A stretch of DNA of 64,000 nucleotides, taken from NCBI RefSeq assembly GCF_009914755.1, contig NC_060933.1; one strand, written 5' to 3'. Below, piece by piece: positions 13,546-29,107 of the stretch (position 1 is the stretch's first letter; every line of letters starts with the position of its first letter). The DNA is from the human T2T-CHM13v2.0 reference genome, Homo sapiens. A program made the translations under genes and the position numbers. The notes below the pieces were generated by a model. That model saw only the letters and a program-made list of their open reading frames with translations, did not search any database and was not told where the DNA came from.

Positions 13546-15442
13546 AATGATGAGCTCTGCTGAGCTGGGTTCCAAGCCCTGTCATTTTCAGAAAAGGGGA
13601 TTCTCAGAATGCTCTGGGCTTTTGAGATTTAAATAGCCAATTCTAGCCTGAGTTTCCTGGTTGCATAATTGACAGAAGAGGGGGATGGAGGAGGGGAAGC
13701 ATCCTGAGACTTCTAAACCATGGAGGGCCAATCCCAGGGCTGAACATCAGAGAGATGTACGGCACCCCCAAGTCATCAGAGGGCCACAGGGACATGGAAT
13801 CCCACTTCAGAGTGTTCCCTGAGGAGAGTCACTGGGAGCAGAGCTTCTAAGAAGATAAAACAGAACTTGCCTTGAGTTAAGGTGGATTCCCAACCTAGGA
13901 TGCATGGAAGACATTTCTTCATCCATATGCCAAGCCGGGACCACTGGCCCAGCTCCCGGCAGAGAGTGTGCATATTGAATCAATTGAAATTGAGTCATGG
14001 ATATAATTAATTTAATGTGTTTAAACGATTTCCCATATAGTAAACATGCTAAATGAGGGGGCACCCAGACTAAGATGTCTGCCTGAGAGTGGAAAAATGG
14101 ATACTGTGTGTGCTGTATAATGAAAATCCTTCAGCAAATGGAAAATGCTTCCATTTATTTCCACCTCCCATGTTGTTTTCCTTTCTAACTCTTTATTTAT
14201 AGCTGAACTTGGCCTTCTGTAGTCTCCTTGGACCACAGAGACACTTTTTATTTTGTCAGAAGATGTCCTTTTTGCTGTGACCAGAAGACAATTTTAACGA
14301 AACCTGTCTACAACCCAGTGACAAGCACCTATTAATATGTGACAAAGGAGATAGGAGGAAGGTAACATGGAGTGCAGGACTGTTTCACTGTTGCGGTCTG
14401 TCTCCACTAAAGGGGCACTTATGCAAAGAAAAGGGAGATGGTGTTGAGTGGGTGGAGGCAGGGCCTGTCCAGCTACCATTCCAGCTCTGCCAAACCATCT
14501 TGCTGCGTGGCTCTGAAGGAGTCATTTTCCTTTTCTGGACCTCAGACACTCATCTACACCACAAAAGCATTGAATTTGAGGATATTTAAGACAACTTTCA
14601 GTTCTGATGTTCACTGAGTTCTGAGTCACAAGCTGGAGCAGACAAAAATAGGTGCCAAGGAATTTCCCATTAAAAAGAAACTCATCCTCAAGCCGTGGAG
14701 AACATTTCAGGCAGTCTATCTAATTGCTCATCAAGTAAGGATTATGTATTATTTGGCTTAGATGAAAGGGAGCATTTAGAAGTGGTTATAAATGATCTCC
14801 AACTAAGATCTATCAGGCACCTAGGCAAAATGCAGAGTTCTAGGATTGTGAAGGGTGGCAAAATGCTTTCTAGATTCTGTAGCTCTCTATTCATCCATTT
14901 CAACTTTGGATACTTTGAATTCATTTTGAAACAGCCCTGCCAAAATGCTACCCGTGGGACCCTGGGTGAATCCCACCCCTTTCTGAGTCTCAGTCCATGA
15001 ACTTGTAGGATGAGGAGAAAGGACTTTGGAGGTATTCTAATGGGTGTTCTGTCCAGCATTTCTGAGGGAGGGATCTCAGGGGCTGCAGGGGTGGGGAGAG
15101 GGCTGCAGGAAGAGGGGGCTGAACAGGCAGAGTTCAGGGCTCCTTCTCTGTTCAACTGAGAAGCTCTTCTTTAATCTGTTTTATATACCAGGCTCCATGT
15201 GAGATTTTATAACAAGGAGTTCTGAGAATAAAAATAATTCTTTAAGCTACTGGTCTGAGGAAAGCTGTTAAAGTTTCCAGCCTGAATCTAGGCTGTGCTA
15301 CAGAAATGGACTTCGCCAATACATTGTGGGAGTGAATTTTTCAGAGCCTTTAGTCCAGAATGGCTCTGCTTGGGGATTTTGGAAATCGACTTCATTTGAG
15401 CAAACCTCAGTGCCACCCAAGTGCCTCCCCACTGCCCCCCAG

Positions 15443-15613
15443 CAGTGGTCTCAAACCCTGGTGTGCATTAGAACCACCTGCAGGGTTTGTTAAAACACAG
15501 ATGGCTGGGCCCCACCCCGAGAGGTTCTGATTTAATGGGCCCATGTGGGGCCTGGGAATGTGCATCTCTAACAAGCTCCCAGATGATGCAGACCACACTT
15601 TGGGAATGGTTGG
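15443..15613. mobile_element. MER5A hAT-Charlie MITE
   Basis: cagtggtctcaaac...gcattagaaccacctg...tgcatctctaacaagctcccagatgatgc...accacactttg. Confidence 0.8.
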
Positions 15614-16890
15614 TCTGGAAGATAAAGGCCAGTCTCCTTAGCATGTCCCTCCAGAAATGGACCCCAACTTCCCTTCCCAGCCTCCTTATCCAGCTTGCCA
15701 GTGTTCCAGCCCAACTAACTGTCCTTCCCTCCCTCTTGCATTTCTTCCTTGCTCACCATGCTCCCTCTGGCCAGCCCCTGTCTTCATGTCTAACTCCTGC
15801 CCACAGTTCAAGGCATGGGTCAAATGCCACCCCTTCCAAAAAACCTACCCTGACTTTTTCACTAAAGGTCACAGAAATCCCTCTGGGCTCGGGCTTGGGC
15901 TCAAATAGTTTCTCCCACAGTGCCAAGCACTTTTAACCTCTCATTGTTTTTGTCTAGGTCTTGCCCGTGCATGTGAGCCACAGGCTCTAGGACAGGGAGC
16001 CCATCTTACCTTGGCATCCACACCATTATCCACACCTTCGGCACCTGCACAGGTTCCAGCCCACCAGACCAACAATATAAGCCTCAGCACAGGCATGCAT
16101 GAATATGCATATTCAAGAAATGCCCCAGCCAGCTCAGCTTATCTACCCTTTATTCCTCAAGACAGACTGACTCTATTCTGAATCTGTAAATTAGAACACA
16201 GGACAGCACTTTAGCCCACTCAACGTATTCTTCAGATGAATTTTCCATATTTTCTGGAGCAGAGACAGTGACAAATAACTACCACTTTGGTCCATTACCA
16301 GAAGGTCACTACCTTCTGCAGCAATTAAGAGCTAGACCAAAGTTCAAATCCCACTTGACCCTGATTAGCTATAGTACTTAAATGCTCTGAGTTCCAGGTT
16401 CCTCACTGTTCATGGGAATAATAAGAGCACCTACTTCCTATGGATGGCATAAGGATATGGTGTAATCATTATTAACAGTAACAATAGAATTTATTGAGTG
16501 CCTGCTATGTGCCTAGCACTAGGCATACATTATTGAGTCTAACTACATTATGTATTTAGCACAATGTCTAGCACATAATACGCAATCAAGAAGTATTAGC
16601 CATATTATCATTGCTTATTTTCCCAACTTCCATGCAAGATTTATATTATTATCCCCATTTCCCGGATGAGAAACTTGAGGCTCAGAGCAAGTAGCTTGCT
16701 TAATAAATATTAAAAGGTTGTATTATGTAATGTGTAATCTTTAAAACTAGCTTACAAGGTAAGTATGATTTCCATTGTGTGAATGAAAACTGTAGTTCAA
16801 AGAAGGTAACTTGTAAATGAAGGCCCAGGATTTGAACCTGATTTTGGGTCCAGAGCTTCTCCTGGCCCACCCCAGCCCACCATCTGGTAA

Positions 16891-17648
<758 letters not shown>

Positions 17649-17851
17649 TCTATGCCCTTTCTTATCCATGAGTCACAGAGAAGCATTTTCCCAATGTGTC
17701 TGAGAGCACACACTGCCCCTGCCCCTTGTCTGAACAGCCCTGCAATCCTAGGGCCTGCAATTAGTTATTTCAATGATCAGAGATAACAGATCACATAACA
17801 GAAAGCCTGTAACAGCCCCTCTTTTGCTTTGCATGTTTACAAGGAACACTA

Positions 17852-18202
<351 letters not shown>

Positions 18203-19959
18203 TCAATGCCCACAGGGTGCCAGGTACAGTGCTAGATTCTACGTGCATTATCTCATTTAACCCTCACAACAACCTCATAAGGTGGGTACTGTTATTGTCC
18301 CCATTTTACAGACCCCCCATTTTCAGGGGGGTCAACTTGCTTAGTTCCACAAAGCTAGTGAGTGACAAGACTGAGATTTAAACTGTCTTTTGGCAAGACT
18401 AGAGAGAGGGGATAATACACCCTAACCAGGCCTTTGCCTCTAAACTTGCAGGGCCTGGGGTGAGGTAGAGGCCCATATCCCGTATGTCTAAATGTTAAAG
18501 TTATAGCATATGAACAAACTGTTCAAAAATATTCTCTATCTCCTCATCGTAATAAATACACCTTCCTAGGGATCTGGAAGGCCAAGCTGGAATTCAGAAT
18601 TCTGGGACTTCTCTGAGTTTCAGCAGCACAGAGGGAGCTGACAGTGTGCTGCTCAGCCCACCCCTCCCCTTCCCTTCCCACCCCTCTCCATCCTGCAGCC
18701 CAGCCAGGCTCAGTCCATACCTCCTTCCCCTTCTAGCATCAGTAGCTCCCTGTACCCTCAAAGGCACAGTCTACCCTCAAGAACTGGGGCAAGAGGCTCC
18801 CTAGACCCTGGAAGTGGCTCCAGCTTATGGGTTGAGAATTCAGGGCACAGTCTGGAAGCTGGAAGGGGTGCAGGTCTGAGTGGGCTGTGTCCGTGGCTTG
18901 CAGATTCTGGGCCCCGAGGGGCCTGAATGAGGACCTCTTAGAGCATGTGACCCAGGGCAAGGCCCAGTTGCTCAGGTGTCAGGCAGCATCCATCCCTCCT
19001 GCTATTCCATCTACCTTCCATAATATAACAGTCCGAATAGGCCAGCATTGAAAAAAAGATTTTTTTTTCTCCCATTGAGCTGAATTTCATAAAGGAATTT
19101 CATTGGTGATATTAACATTTTGATTGTGGCCACAAAGTAACGAAACTGCCTTTTTACTCCAGACCTTGGAACTTGCACTTCCAGATGAATGCCACCCTGG
19201 GGGACCCATTACCCTCAGCTCCTTCATGGGTCTTTTTTCAAATCACTTCTGAACTCCTCTGCCAGAAATGTCATCAGGGCCCACGGCTTGGTCTTTGGAA
19301 AAACCCTCCTTGGGGAAAAATCACACACAGGACAATTGACTCTTTGTCAGTTTATACTGAGAAGGGCCCCTTAGGGACAGTCACGGGCATGCAGTCAGTC
19401 TATAGCCTGAGGCACAGAGAGGTGCAGAGACATGTCCAAGGTTACACAGCCTGTGTGTGTGTGGTGGAGGGAGGGGGGGCGCGGCACCAGACTACCTTCC
19501 CATTTCATCTTGGCTACTTCTTTCCTCTTTGATTTCTAAAGTCATAATTGCTTTTTGAAAACCACCACAAGTTGTTTGGGCCATGTCTAGTGTTTTTAAG
19601 GAAGGTGGTGGAGCTGGGCCATCAAAGACTGTGTCTTCCGTGGGTGGAGCCCACCGGGGCCAAGAAGCCAAGTCTCTTGTGGGGTCACCCACACAGATGC
19701 CTGGGGATGAGTGCCAAGTGCCCCCGGCTGTGAACCTTGCAGGCAATGAATTCTGCATGACCAAATGTGAATGAATCCTGGCCGGGAGTCTGCCTCCTCC
19801 TGTTTCAGGGTCCTCCTGGAAGGCTCAGGTTTGATCTGTTTGCAGCTTTCCTTGGAAATGCATCCTCTCTAGCTACCACCACTCTGCTCATCACTCAAGA
19901 TACACAGTGGGCAGAAACTCCCCCCAAATCCCAGGTTCCTCAAAGAGACCAGCATTTCT

Positions 19960-20490
19960 AGTCCAGCTCAGCTCCCTGAGTTCGTCCTGTTACTCACATT
20001 CCTCCACCCGCCCACACTCCATGCCCGCTGGCTCTTGAAGCTCATAGTCATCCCCGCCACTTTCACTCCTCCTAGAGAAGGAGGAAACAGTCCACTATGA
20101 AGCTCTGTCTCTTTAAACCTTTTGGGTCCCTTGATCACATCAAGTTGGCTTGCACCTCAGGGCTTTGCACAAGCTGTTTCTCTGCCAGAAAGCTCCTTGC
20201 CCAGCTCTTGGCATGATAATTCTCAGCATTCAAATGTCAGCACCTGTCACTTCTCAGGGATGGCTTCCTTGACCCACCCGTTGTAAAAGCCCCCAGCCTG
20301 AGGCCAGGGGTTTTTATCTTCTTTATTGCACTTGTCACTCCCTGCAATTTTCCTCCTTATGTGTTTACTTGCTTATGGTCTGTGGTTTCACTCCTCCCTT
20401 CCCACCCACCTAGAATTAAGCTCCATGAGGTCGGAGATGTGATCTGTCTTGATCACTGAGGTACCACCAGAATCTCAAACAATACCTGCT
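19960..20490 (+). mobile_element. L2 3' fragment
   Basis: cacctcagggctttgcacaagctgtttctctgcc...ctagaattaagctccatgagg. Confidence 0.65.
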
Positions 20491-22322
20491 TAGGCCCTTT
20501 TTAGGCCTCAGTTTCTCTGTCTGTAAAACACAGGAGCACACCTATTCACACATTGTAGAGCAAAATCGTTCTTCCCAAATACAAAAAGTTGTAATCCTAC
20601 TGTGTATGAAAGTAGTCATTTCCCTGCATCCTTGACAATAGGTATTTTCATTTTTAACTCAATTGTCAGTTTGTTAAGAAAAACATATATATCTGTTAAG
20701 AAAAAAGTATTCTTTTAATCTTAATTTGCATTTCTTTAATGATTAGAATGAGCTTATTTTAAATATTAACCAGCAATCTTAATTTTTTAGGTGAATTTCC
20801 TAATTATGTTAGGTGAATTTCCTATACCATCTTGCTATGGTGATGTCACATCATTTAATGTTTTGTTTTAGTGTCTCCTTGTTATTTTTCCATCTTTTAC
20901 TACTTGGCTGTATTTTCTTTGATTTTTTAAAATGTGATTTGTGTCTATTTCTGGTTGTTAACTACTGACCATTTTAAAAGGATTTAAACAGTACTTGGAT
21001 GCGTGTTTCTTTAATTAATTGCGTTAAGCATCACAGAAATGAGGCCCCTTTGACTTCTCTTTTGGATTTTGCTCCTATGAGCTTTCTCCAATGCACGCAA
21101 TGGCATTCGAGGGTTGGTGGTGTCCATTTTTGAATTCCCTTGTTCGACCTAATGACTACATTCAGATGACATTTCTACAACACCTCCCTGACCAGAACAC
21201 GACACTGGAGCAGCCTTCAAGGTTTCTATGATCCTTTAAAAGTGGGAGGTCCAGACTTGAGGTGAACATTCCCAGTGTGGTCTCACTGGGTGGTAACTGA
21301 GTGTAATTTTAAACTTCCTTGATATAGTTTTGTTTTGTTTTGTGGGACACTAAGGGGATCAAGATCATATTGTCTATTGGATTTGGCCTTGAGGTCAACA
21401 AAAGTCCCTATATAAACTTTACATATGCCACTTGTAAACTCATCTATCTCAAAAAACTGTCCTTCCCGGGTACAAGGATCAGGAGGAGGGCCAAGAACAC
21501 TGGAAACACGGCTCTTTACCAGATTTCTGTGGGTAGAGTCCTTGGAATCAGACACAGGTGTAGCTAAGCCCTGAAAGGTGACCTCAGTTCTTGCTGTCTT
21601 TGGAAGCACCAGGTTAAAGAAGTCGTTGCTGCCACATGATATCCCAGGCCATTCATCATTGTTCCCAGGCGATGCCAGCACCAACTCCCTTGGGCAAGAC
21701 AATGACAGCAGGAAGAAACGCACTCACAATTGTTGGAGAAAAAGTTCTTAAAGCAGGCCTCCAATTATTCAAGGCAGAAGAATTTCTTCCATCGTAAAGC
21801 TGACACCGAATGCTGATTAATTACCATCCTCCGAGGTCAAGTTTATCGTGAGATGCTAAAAGTTTCTGAGAAAATAACTTATGCAGATAGTCCCAATTAC
21901 TGATAGGTTGGCCTCCAGAATATTTTTTAAAGGCATTTGTTGGAACTTGGAACATATTTTCCCACAGACACTATGTTATAAATAGTGGTTAGGTCCCAAG
22001 GCTAGCCCACACAAGCTTGCTAACCTACAATGTGACTAAACCTTATGAGTCTGTCATCCCAACAGAAATGAGCTGAGTCCTTCTTCCTGGGAGAGGGGAG
22101 CCTCATGGACAGAAGAGAGGGCAGGAGAAGGATACATCCTCTTCCACATCTGCAACTGATCCCCACAGAGGTGAAACTGGCAGACTTTCTCGCTGGCATC
22201 CCTGTGGGAGGTTTGAATCACAGAGTCTCATTTGGAAGTACACGAGAGAATATTTAGTTTGCTGGTTCCCGTGCTGCCGTTTGTAAATCACTTGGGAAGC
22301 TTGTTAAAAATGCAGATGCCAC

Positions 22323-22682
<360 letters not shown>

Positions 22683-24025
22683 TTAGGAATCTGTATTTTT
22701 AAAAACCTTCTCAGATTTCAAGCATACAAAAATTGGTAACCACTGATGAAGTCCCTCCTGCGATCTGATTATTGGATAATTATTGGATCTTTTCAGTAGC
22801 AACTTCCAGGTGTTTGCTGAGTTTCTTCTTATACTCCTCCAGTATTGGGAAGCTCACTATGCCTCTCAGGCAGAACTTTCCACTTAGGGAATGGCTGATG
22901 TTGAGGAGACTGTTCTTCCAGATGCAGAGTTTGCACCTCTCTCCCTGAAACTTGTATTCGCATGCTACGTGTTCCTGCGGAGCCACAATACACACATCTG
23001 CTCCCTTTATACACAACAGCCCCTCAAAGAGCCAAAGACAGGGAGATGCCTCCCCTTTTCTAATGCATTCTCCTTCTTTTAAGCAAAATAATCTCAGTTC
23101 AGACTTCCACTCTATGATGAAATCGCTTATATCAGACCAAAGCTCCCATCAAGAACATTTAGAAAAGCAGAATAAAATATTAAAATAGCTATTCAAAGAC
23201 ATCAGAAAACAAGCAGGACAGCTAGGACTGAGAATCCATCATTCTGGAGAGAAGATAAATGCTTTGAGATGGGCCCCAAATTCTTTGCTGTTTTCCTTTT
23301 GAGGCATTTTCTGATTTGTAAGTAAGAAGGCTAGTCACAGAAACAGAAAGCATTGGATCAGAGTTTTCAGCAGTCCCTCAGGGATAGGAAGCCAAAAACT
23401 GTAGTTCTGGACTACCAAGGTAGCAAGACTTGCATGGCCAAGGTGCCAGAGTAAAGGGAACCATAAAAAAGTGAGCCTGGTATTAAGACTGGCATTTTTA
23501 CTTAAAATATTTGATAATTAAGCTGCATAAAGCAAGAGGCTGAGAAGCCAAGCAAAAGAGCCAAGAAAACAAACAGAACTATTTAGAGTTTAATAGTATT
23601 GGGAAAATAAAAATTGGAGTCCAGGGTCAGTAAATATCCCAGGATTTCAGTTGAGAACATTGAAGGGTCAAACACTAGGAATCAGGGCAAACCAAAATAG
23701 ATTGGGCCTTACAAAAACTGAAACCGAACCTGGAATCATCTCAGTTCTTCACTGGATTAAGGCAATTTGCCACTACTCTAACTACTTGCTTGAAGAGTAA
23801 TACATTTTCCCTGGAGAAAGAAAACACTATCTGTAGCCTCTACAATTTTTCATACACAACACATTTAATTAAAATGTACTAGGTACACCAGGAAATAGGT
23901 CCAGATAATTGTTTTAAAAGAAAAGCAAGGAAGAAAAAGAAGAGAAAAGTATATGGAATGGAAACAAATTCATAGGTGATCCAAATCTTGACATTATTAG
24001 ACATGAACTTTAAAATAGCAAGGTT

Positions 24026-24292
24026 GGCGGGAATGGTGGCTCACGCCTGTATTCCCAGCACTTGGGAAGGCTGAGGTGGGCAGATCACCTGAGGTCAGGA
24101 GTTCAAGACCAGCCTGGCCAACATGGGAAAAAAATTAGCCAGGCATGGTGGCGGGCACCTGTAATTCCAGCTACTTGGAAGGCTGAGGCAAGAGAATTGC
24201 TTGAACCTGGGAGGTGCAGTGAGCCAAGATCACACCGCTGCACTCTGGCCTCGGTGACAGAGCAAGACTCTATCTCTAAAATAAAATAAAAT
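24026..24292 (+). mobile_element. AluS with internal deletions and 14-bp TSD
   Basis: TSD aaaatagcaaggtt occurs at 24012-24025 and 24293-24306. Confidence 0.9.
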
Positions 24293-25555
24293 AAAATAGC
24301 AAGGTTTGTATGTTCAAGAAAATTGATTAAAAGATGCAGAATGTCATCAGAGAACTGAATACTATAAAAGAAAAAATATAAAAATTCTAAAAATAAAAAA
24401 TACAACAATTGAAATAAAGAATTCAATAGATAGGTGAAACAACATATTAGACACAGCAGAAAGTAGATTAGTGAACCAAATACAGGTTTGTATTCAGACT
24501 GAAACATAGGGAGAAAAAAAGTTTGGAAAATAAGAAATGAACATAAGAGATACATGGAATATGTTGAAAAAGTATAATATATGTATAATTGTGTCCTAGA
24601 AGGTGAGAAAAGAGAGACTAGACAGAAGCAATATTTCAAAGGATACTATTCTATTTCTCCAACACACATCAATACACAGATTCATGAAATCCTATGGAGC
24701 TCTATGAACTCCAGGCAAGATGAACACAAAGGAAAGTTCACTTCAGCACAGTGTAGTAAAACTGCCAAAGACCAAATCAAAAACAAAATCTTAAAATAAC
24801 TAGAGGAAAAAAAGATGCATTACTTCAAAAGAGCAATAAGTCAGACAGCAGACTCAATAGAAACAATGGAAGCCAGAAGACAATGGAATGACATCTTCAG
24901 TGCCAAAAGAAAATTATAGGCCATCTAAAATCCTCTATCTAGTCAATACATCTCTCAATATTAAAGGTAAAATAAATTTCAGACAGCCAGACACTTGGAA
25001 GATTTGCTTCCAGAAGAGTCACAGTAAAAGAAAGACCAAGGAGAAGTTCTTCTGGCAGAAAAATAATAGTAACAATAAGCAGAAAAATAGAAATGTGGGA
25101 AGGAAAAAAGTAATAGGAAGTGTAAATGTGTTAGTAGATCTAAATGAAAAATGACATCAGTGCCAAGAAAATCTTAAAGAAGAACAAAGATTAAGGATTT
25201 ATACTACAAAGTATCAAATCATACTTCAGTAATTAAAACAGGGTGATATTGATTAAAAGATAGATAAGTAGACCAAAGGAAGATAAATGGAAGTTCAGAA
25301 GCTTGTGTATATATCCACACTATATGCAGTTGTTTAATTTATGACAAAGGTGACACTGTAGCCTGAGTGGTGGGATGGGGGATTATGGCCTTTTCAATAA
25401 ATAGTCCTGAATCAATTGATTATTCATAAAATTAAATATATTATTTCAGACCATACATAAAATTAATTTCAAGTAAATTCTATGTCTAAATGTGAAAGAT
25501 ATAACAAAACTTCTAAATGACAAGATAGGAAAATATCTTCACGAGCATGGGTGGG

Positions 25556-25975
25556 TGTATTAGGCCGTTCTTGCATTGCTATAAAGAAATACCTGAGACT
25601 AGATAATTTATAAAGAAAGGAGGCTTAATTGGCTCATGATTCTCCAGGTGCAGAATCAAGAATCGTGGTGCTGGCATCTGCTTCTGGTAAGGGCCTCAGG
25701 AAGCTTTCAATCATGGCAGAAGCCAAAGGACAGTAGGTGTGGCACATGGCAAGAATGGAGCAAGAGAGCAAGGGGGAAGGTGTCACACACCTTAAACAGC
25801 CAGATCTCACATGAACTCAGCGTGAGAACTCACTTGCTACCAAAGGGATGGTGCTAAACCATTCAGGGGGGATCCACTCCCATGATCCCATCACTTCTCA
25901 CCAGGCCCTACCTCCAACATTGGGAATTACATTTTGACATGAGATTTGGAGGGGACGAACATCCAAACCAAATCA
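25556..25975 (-). mobile_element. MSTB-like MaLR solo LTR
   Basis: tgtattaggccgttcttgcattgctataaagaaatacctgagact...catccaaaccaaatca. Confidence 0.85.
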
Positions 25976-26788
25976 TCAAGACAGGGTGATTTTCAGAAAA
26001 AACTAAAATAACAAAACCAAATACTGCTTCTGCCTAGTCTCTCTTTCCTCCCTTTCCAGGACACAGTTATACATATATTATACTTTTTCAACATATCCCA
26101 TGTGTCTCATATGTTCATTTCTTATTTTCTGACTTTTTTCTCCCCATCCTGAAAATGCTTAAACAAGGCATAAATATACTAATCACAAAGAAGACTAATA
26201 CATTGGATTACATTAAGATTAGGAATATCTATTCATCAAAATACATCGAGAGTGAAAAGATAAGCCACAGAATAGGAGAAGATATAAATAATACATATAA
26301 CTGTCAAATAATTCATATCCAGAATCTAAAAAGGAATTCTACAAATCAGTAAGAAACAGGCAGAGTATCCAACAGGAAAAATGGGCAAAAGACTTGAATG
26401 GGCAATTCACAAAAAAGGGTATCAAAATGGCCAATGAAGATATGAAAACATGTCCAACTTCATTAGTCATCAGGGAAATGCAAATTTAAACTAAAACAAG
26501 ACACCAACCACTACACACCCACTAGTTTGGCTAAAATTAAAAAGCTGACACACCAAAAGTTGTTGAGCATGTGAACCAACTGGAACTCTCAATCACTGCT
26601 TGCGGATGTGTAAATTGGTATAACCACTTTAGAAAGCTGTTTGTCACAGAGTCTACTAAAGCTGAACATATGGCTACTCTGACTCAGAATTCCACCCCAA
26701 GTATGCACCCAATAGTAATGTGCACATATGTTCACCAAAATATATCAAATGCCCAGAATTAAATCAAACAAAATAAGTACAATAATCC

Positions 26789-27089
26789 TTTTTTCTTCTT
26801 TTTAATTGAGATGGAGTCTCACTTTGTTGCTCAGGCTGGAATGCAGTGATGTAATCTTGGCTCACTATAACCTCCGCCTCCTGGGTTCAAGCGATCCTCC
26901 TGCCTCAGCCTCCCAAGTAGCTGAGACTACAGGCATGTGCCATCATGCCCGGCTAATTTTTGTATTTTTAATAGAGATGGGGTTTCACTATGTTGGCCAG
27001 GCTGGTCTTGAACTCCTGACCTCAAGTGATTCACCTGCGTCAGCCTCCCCAAGTGCTGGGATTACAAGTGTGAGTCACTGCGCCCAGCC
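26789..27089 (-). mobile_element. AluS element
   Basis: Antisense Alu dimer. Confidence 0.9.
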
Positions 27090-27472
27090 AATATGTGCAA
27101 TAATTCTACACAGAAAACTATAAAACATTTCTGAGAGAAATTAAAGAAGACCTAACTAAATGCAGGGATATACACAATTCATGGATTGGAAGACTTTAAT
27201 ATTAAGATGTCAGTTTTCCCTAAATTGATCTACAGATTCAGTAAAATCCCAATAAAAACCAGAGAAAGTATGTATGTATGTGTGTATAAACTGGCAATCT
27301 GTTTTAAAAATGTATATAGAAATGCAAAGAGACAAGAATAGCCAAGACAGTTTTGACGAACTAAGATGGAGAACCTATATGAGTAGTTATCAAGACTTAT
27401 TATAAAGCTACAAAAATTAAGATGTTTTGGTGAAAAACAATGGAAAAGAAAAAGATAAAGTTTAGAAACAGA

Positions 27473-29021
27473 GCTCTCCCTCTCCCTCGCCCTCTCGCTC
27501 TCCGTCTCGCTCTCGCTCTCGCTCTCCGTCTCGCTCTCGCTCTCCGTCTCCCTCTTTCTACAGTCTCCCTCTCTTGCAGAGCCTGGGCTGTACTGCCGTG
27601 ATCTCGGCTCGCTGCAACCTCCCTGCCTCGGGCTCCGGTGATTCTCCTGCCTCGGCCTGCCTAGTGCCTGGGATTCCAGGCACTCGCCGCCACTCCTGAC
27701 TGGTTTTTGTATTTTTGGTGGAGACGGGGTTTCGCTGTGTTGACCGGGCTGGTGTCCAGCTCCTGGCCTCGGGTGATCTGCCCGCCTCGGCCTCCCAAGG
27801 TGCTGGGATTGCAGATGGAGTCTCGCTCACTCAACGCTCAATGTTGCCCAAGCTGGAGTGCAGTGGCGTGATCTTGGCTCGCTACAACCTCCACCTCCCA
27901 GCCACCTGCCTTGGCCTCCCAAAGTGCTAAGATTACAGCCTCTGCCCGCCCGCCACCCCGTCTAGGAAGTGAGCAGCGTCTCTGCCTGGCAGCCCATCGT
28001 CTGGGATGTGAGGAGCCCCTCTGCCCGGCCGCCCCGTCTGGGAGGTGAGGAGCGCCTCTGCCCGGCCGCCATCCCGTCTAGGAATTGAGGAGCATCTCTA
28101 CCTGGCCACCCATCATCTGGGATGTGAGGAGCGCCTCTGCCTGGCCGCCCCGTCTGGGAAGTGAGGAGCGCCTCTTCCCGGCCGCCCCGTCTGGGAGGAA
28201 GTGAGGAGTACCTCAGCCCAGCTGCCCCGAATGGGAAGTGAGGAGCGCCTCTGCCTGGCCGCCCCCTCTGGGAAGTGAGGAGCGCCTCTGCCCTGCTGCC
28301 CTGTCTGGGAGGAAGTGAGGAGCGCCTCTGGCCGGCTGCCCCAAATGGGAACTGAGGAGCGCCTCTGCCTGGCCGCCCCCATCTGGGAAGTGAGGAGTGC
28401 CTCTGCCCAGCCGCCCCGTCTGGGAGGTGGGGGGCGCCTCTGCCCGGCCGCCCTGTCTGGGAAGTGAGGAGTGCCTCTGCCAAGCCGCCCCGTCTGGGAA
28501 GTGTACCCAACAGCTCCGAAGAGACAGCGACCATCGAGAATGGGCCATGATGACGATGGCAGTTTTGTCGAAAAGAAAAGGGGGAAATGTGGGGAAAAGA
28601 AAGAGAGATCAGATTGTTACTGTGTCTGTGTAGAAAGAAGTAGACATAGGAGACTCCATTTTGTTCTGTACTAAGAAAAACTCTTCTGCCTTGGGATGCT
28701 GTTAATCTATAACCTTACCCCCAACCCCGTGCTCTCTGAAACATGTGCTGTGTCAACTCAGGGTTAAATGGATTAAGGGCGGTGCAAGATGTGCTTTGTT
28801 AAACAGATGCTTGAAGGCAGCATGCTCGTTAAGAGTCATCACCACTCCCTAATCTCAAGTACCCGGGGACACAAACAGGGCCGAAGGCCGCAGGGACCTC
28901 TGCCTAGGAAAACCAGAGACCTTTGTTCTTGTGTTTATCTGCTGACCTTCTCTCCACTATTACCCTATGACTCTGCCACATCCCCCTCTCTGAGAAACAC
29001 CCAAGAATGATCAATAAATAC

Positions 29022-29052
<31 letters not shown>

Positions 29053-29107
29053 AAATTAAAGCATAAAATGCTTATTAAATAAACAATCAATACGTGATGT
29101 GAAAAAA
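27473..29107 (+). mobile_element. Full-length SVA (SVA_A-like) with 3' transduction, antisense to GABBR2
   Basis: Hexamer head (27473-~27555), Alu-like domain, GC-rich VNTR (~27940-28500), SINE-R ending atgatcaataaatact, then A27. The 16-bp TSD aaagtttagaaacaga occurs at 27457-27472 and 29108-29123. Confidence 0.93.

Noticed and set aside
21283-21723. 146-aa minus-strand ORF as a processed pseudogene or novel gene
   Set aside because: It starts at GTG, resembles no protein I recognise, and has no poly(A) or TSD. A tBLASTn/PhyloCSF check would settle it.
27940-28500. CRISPR-like or novel repeat array
   Set aside because: It is the standard SVA VNTR with no unique spacers, in a eukaryotic context.
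27558-29010. Several GC-rich ORFs up to 190 aa
   Set aside because: They are translations of the SVA Alu-like, VNTR and SINE-R domains.
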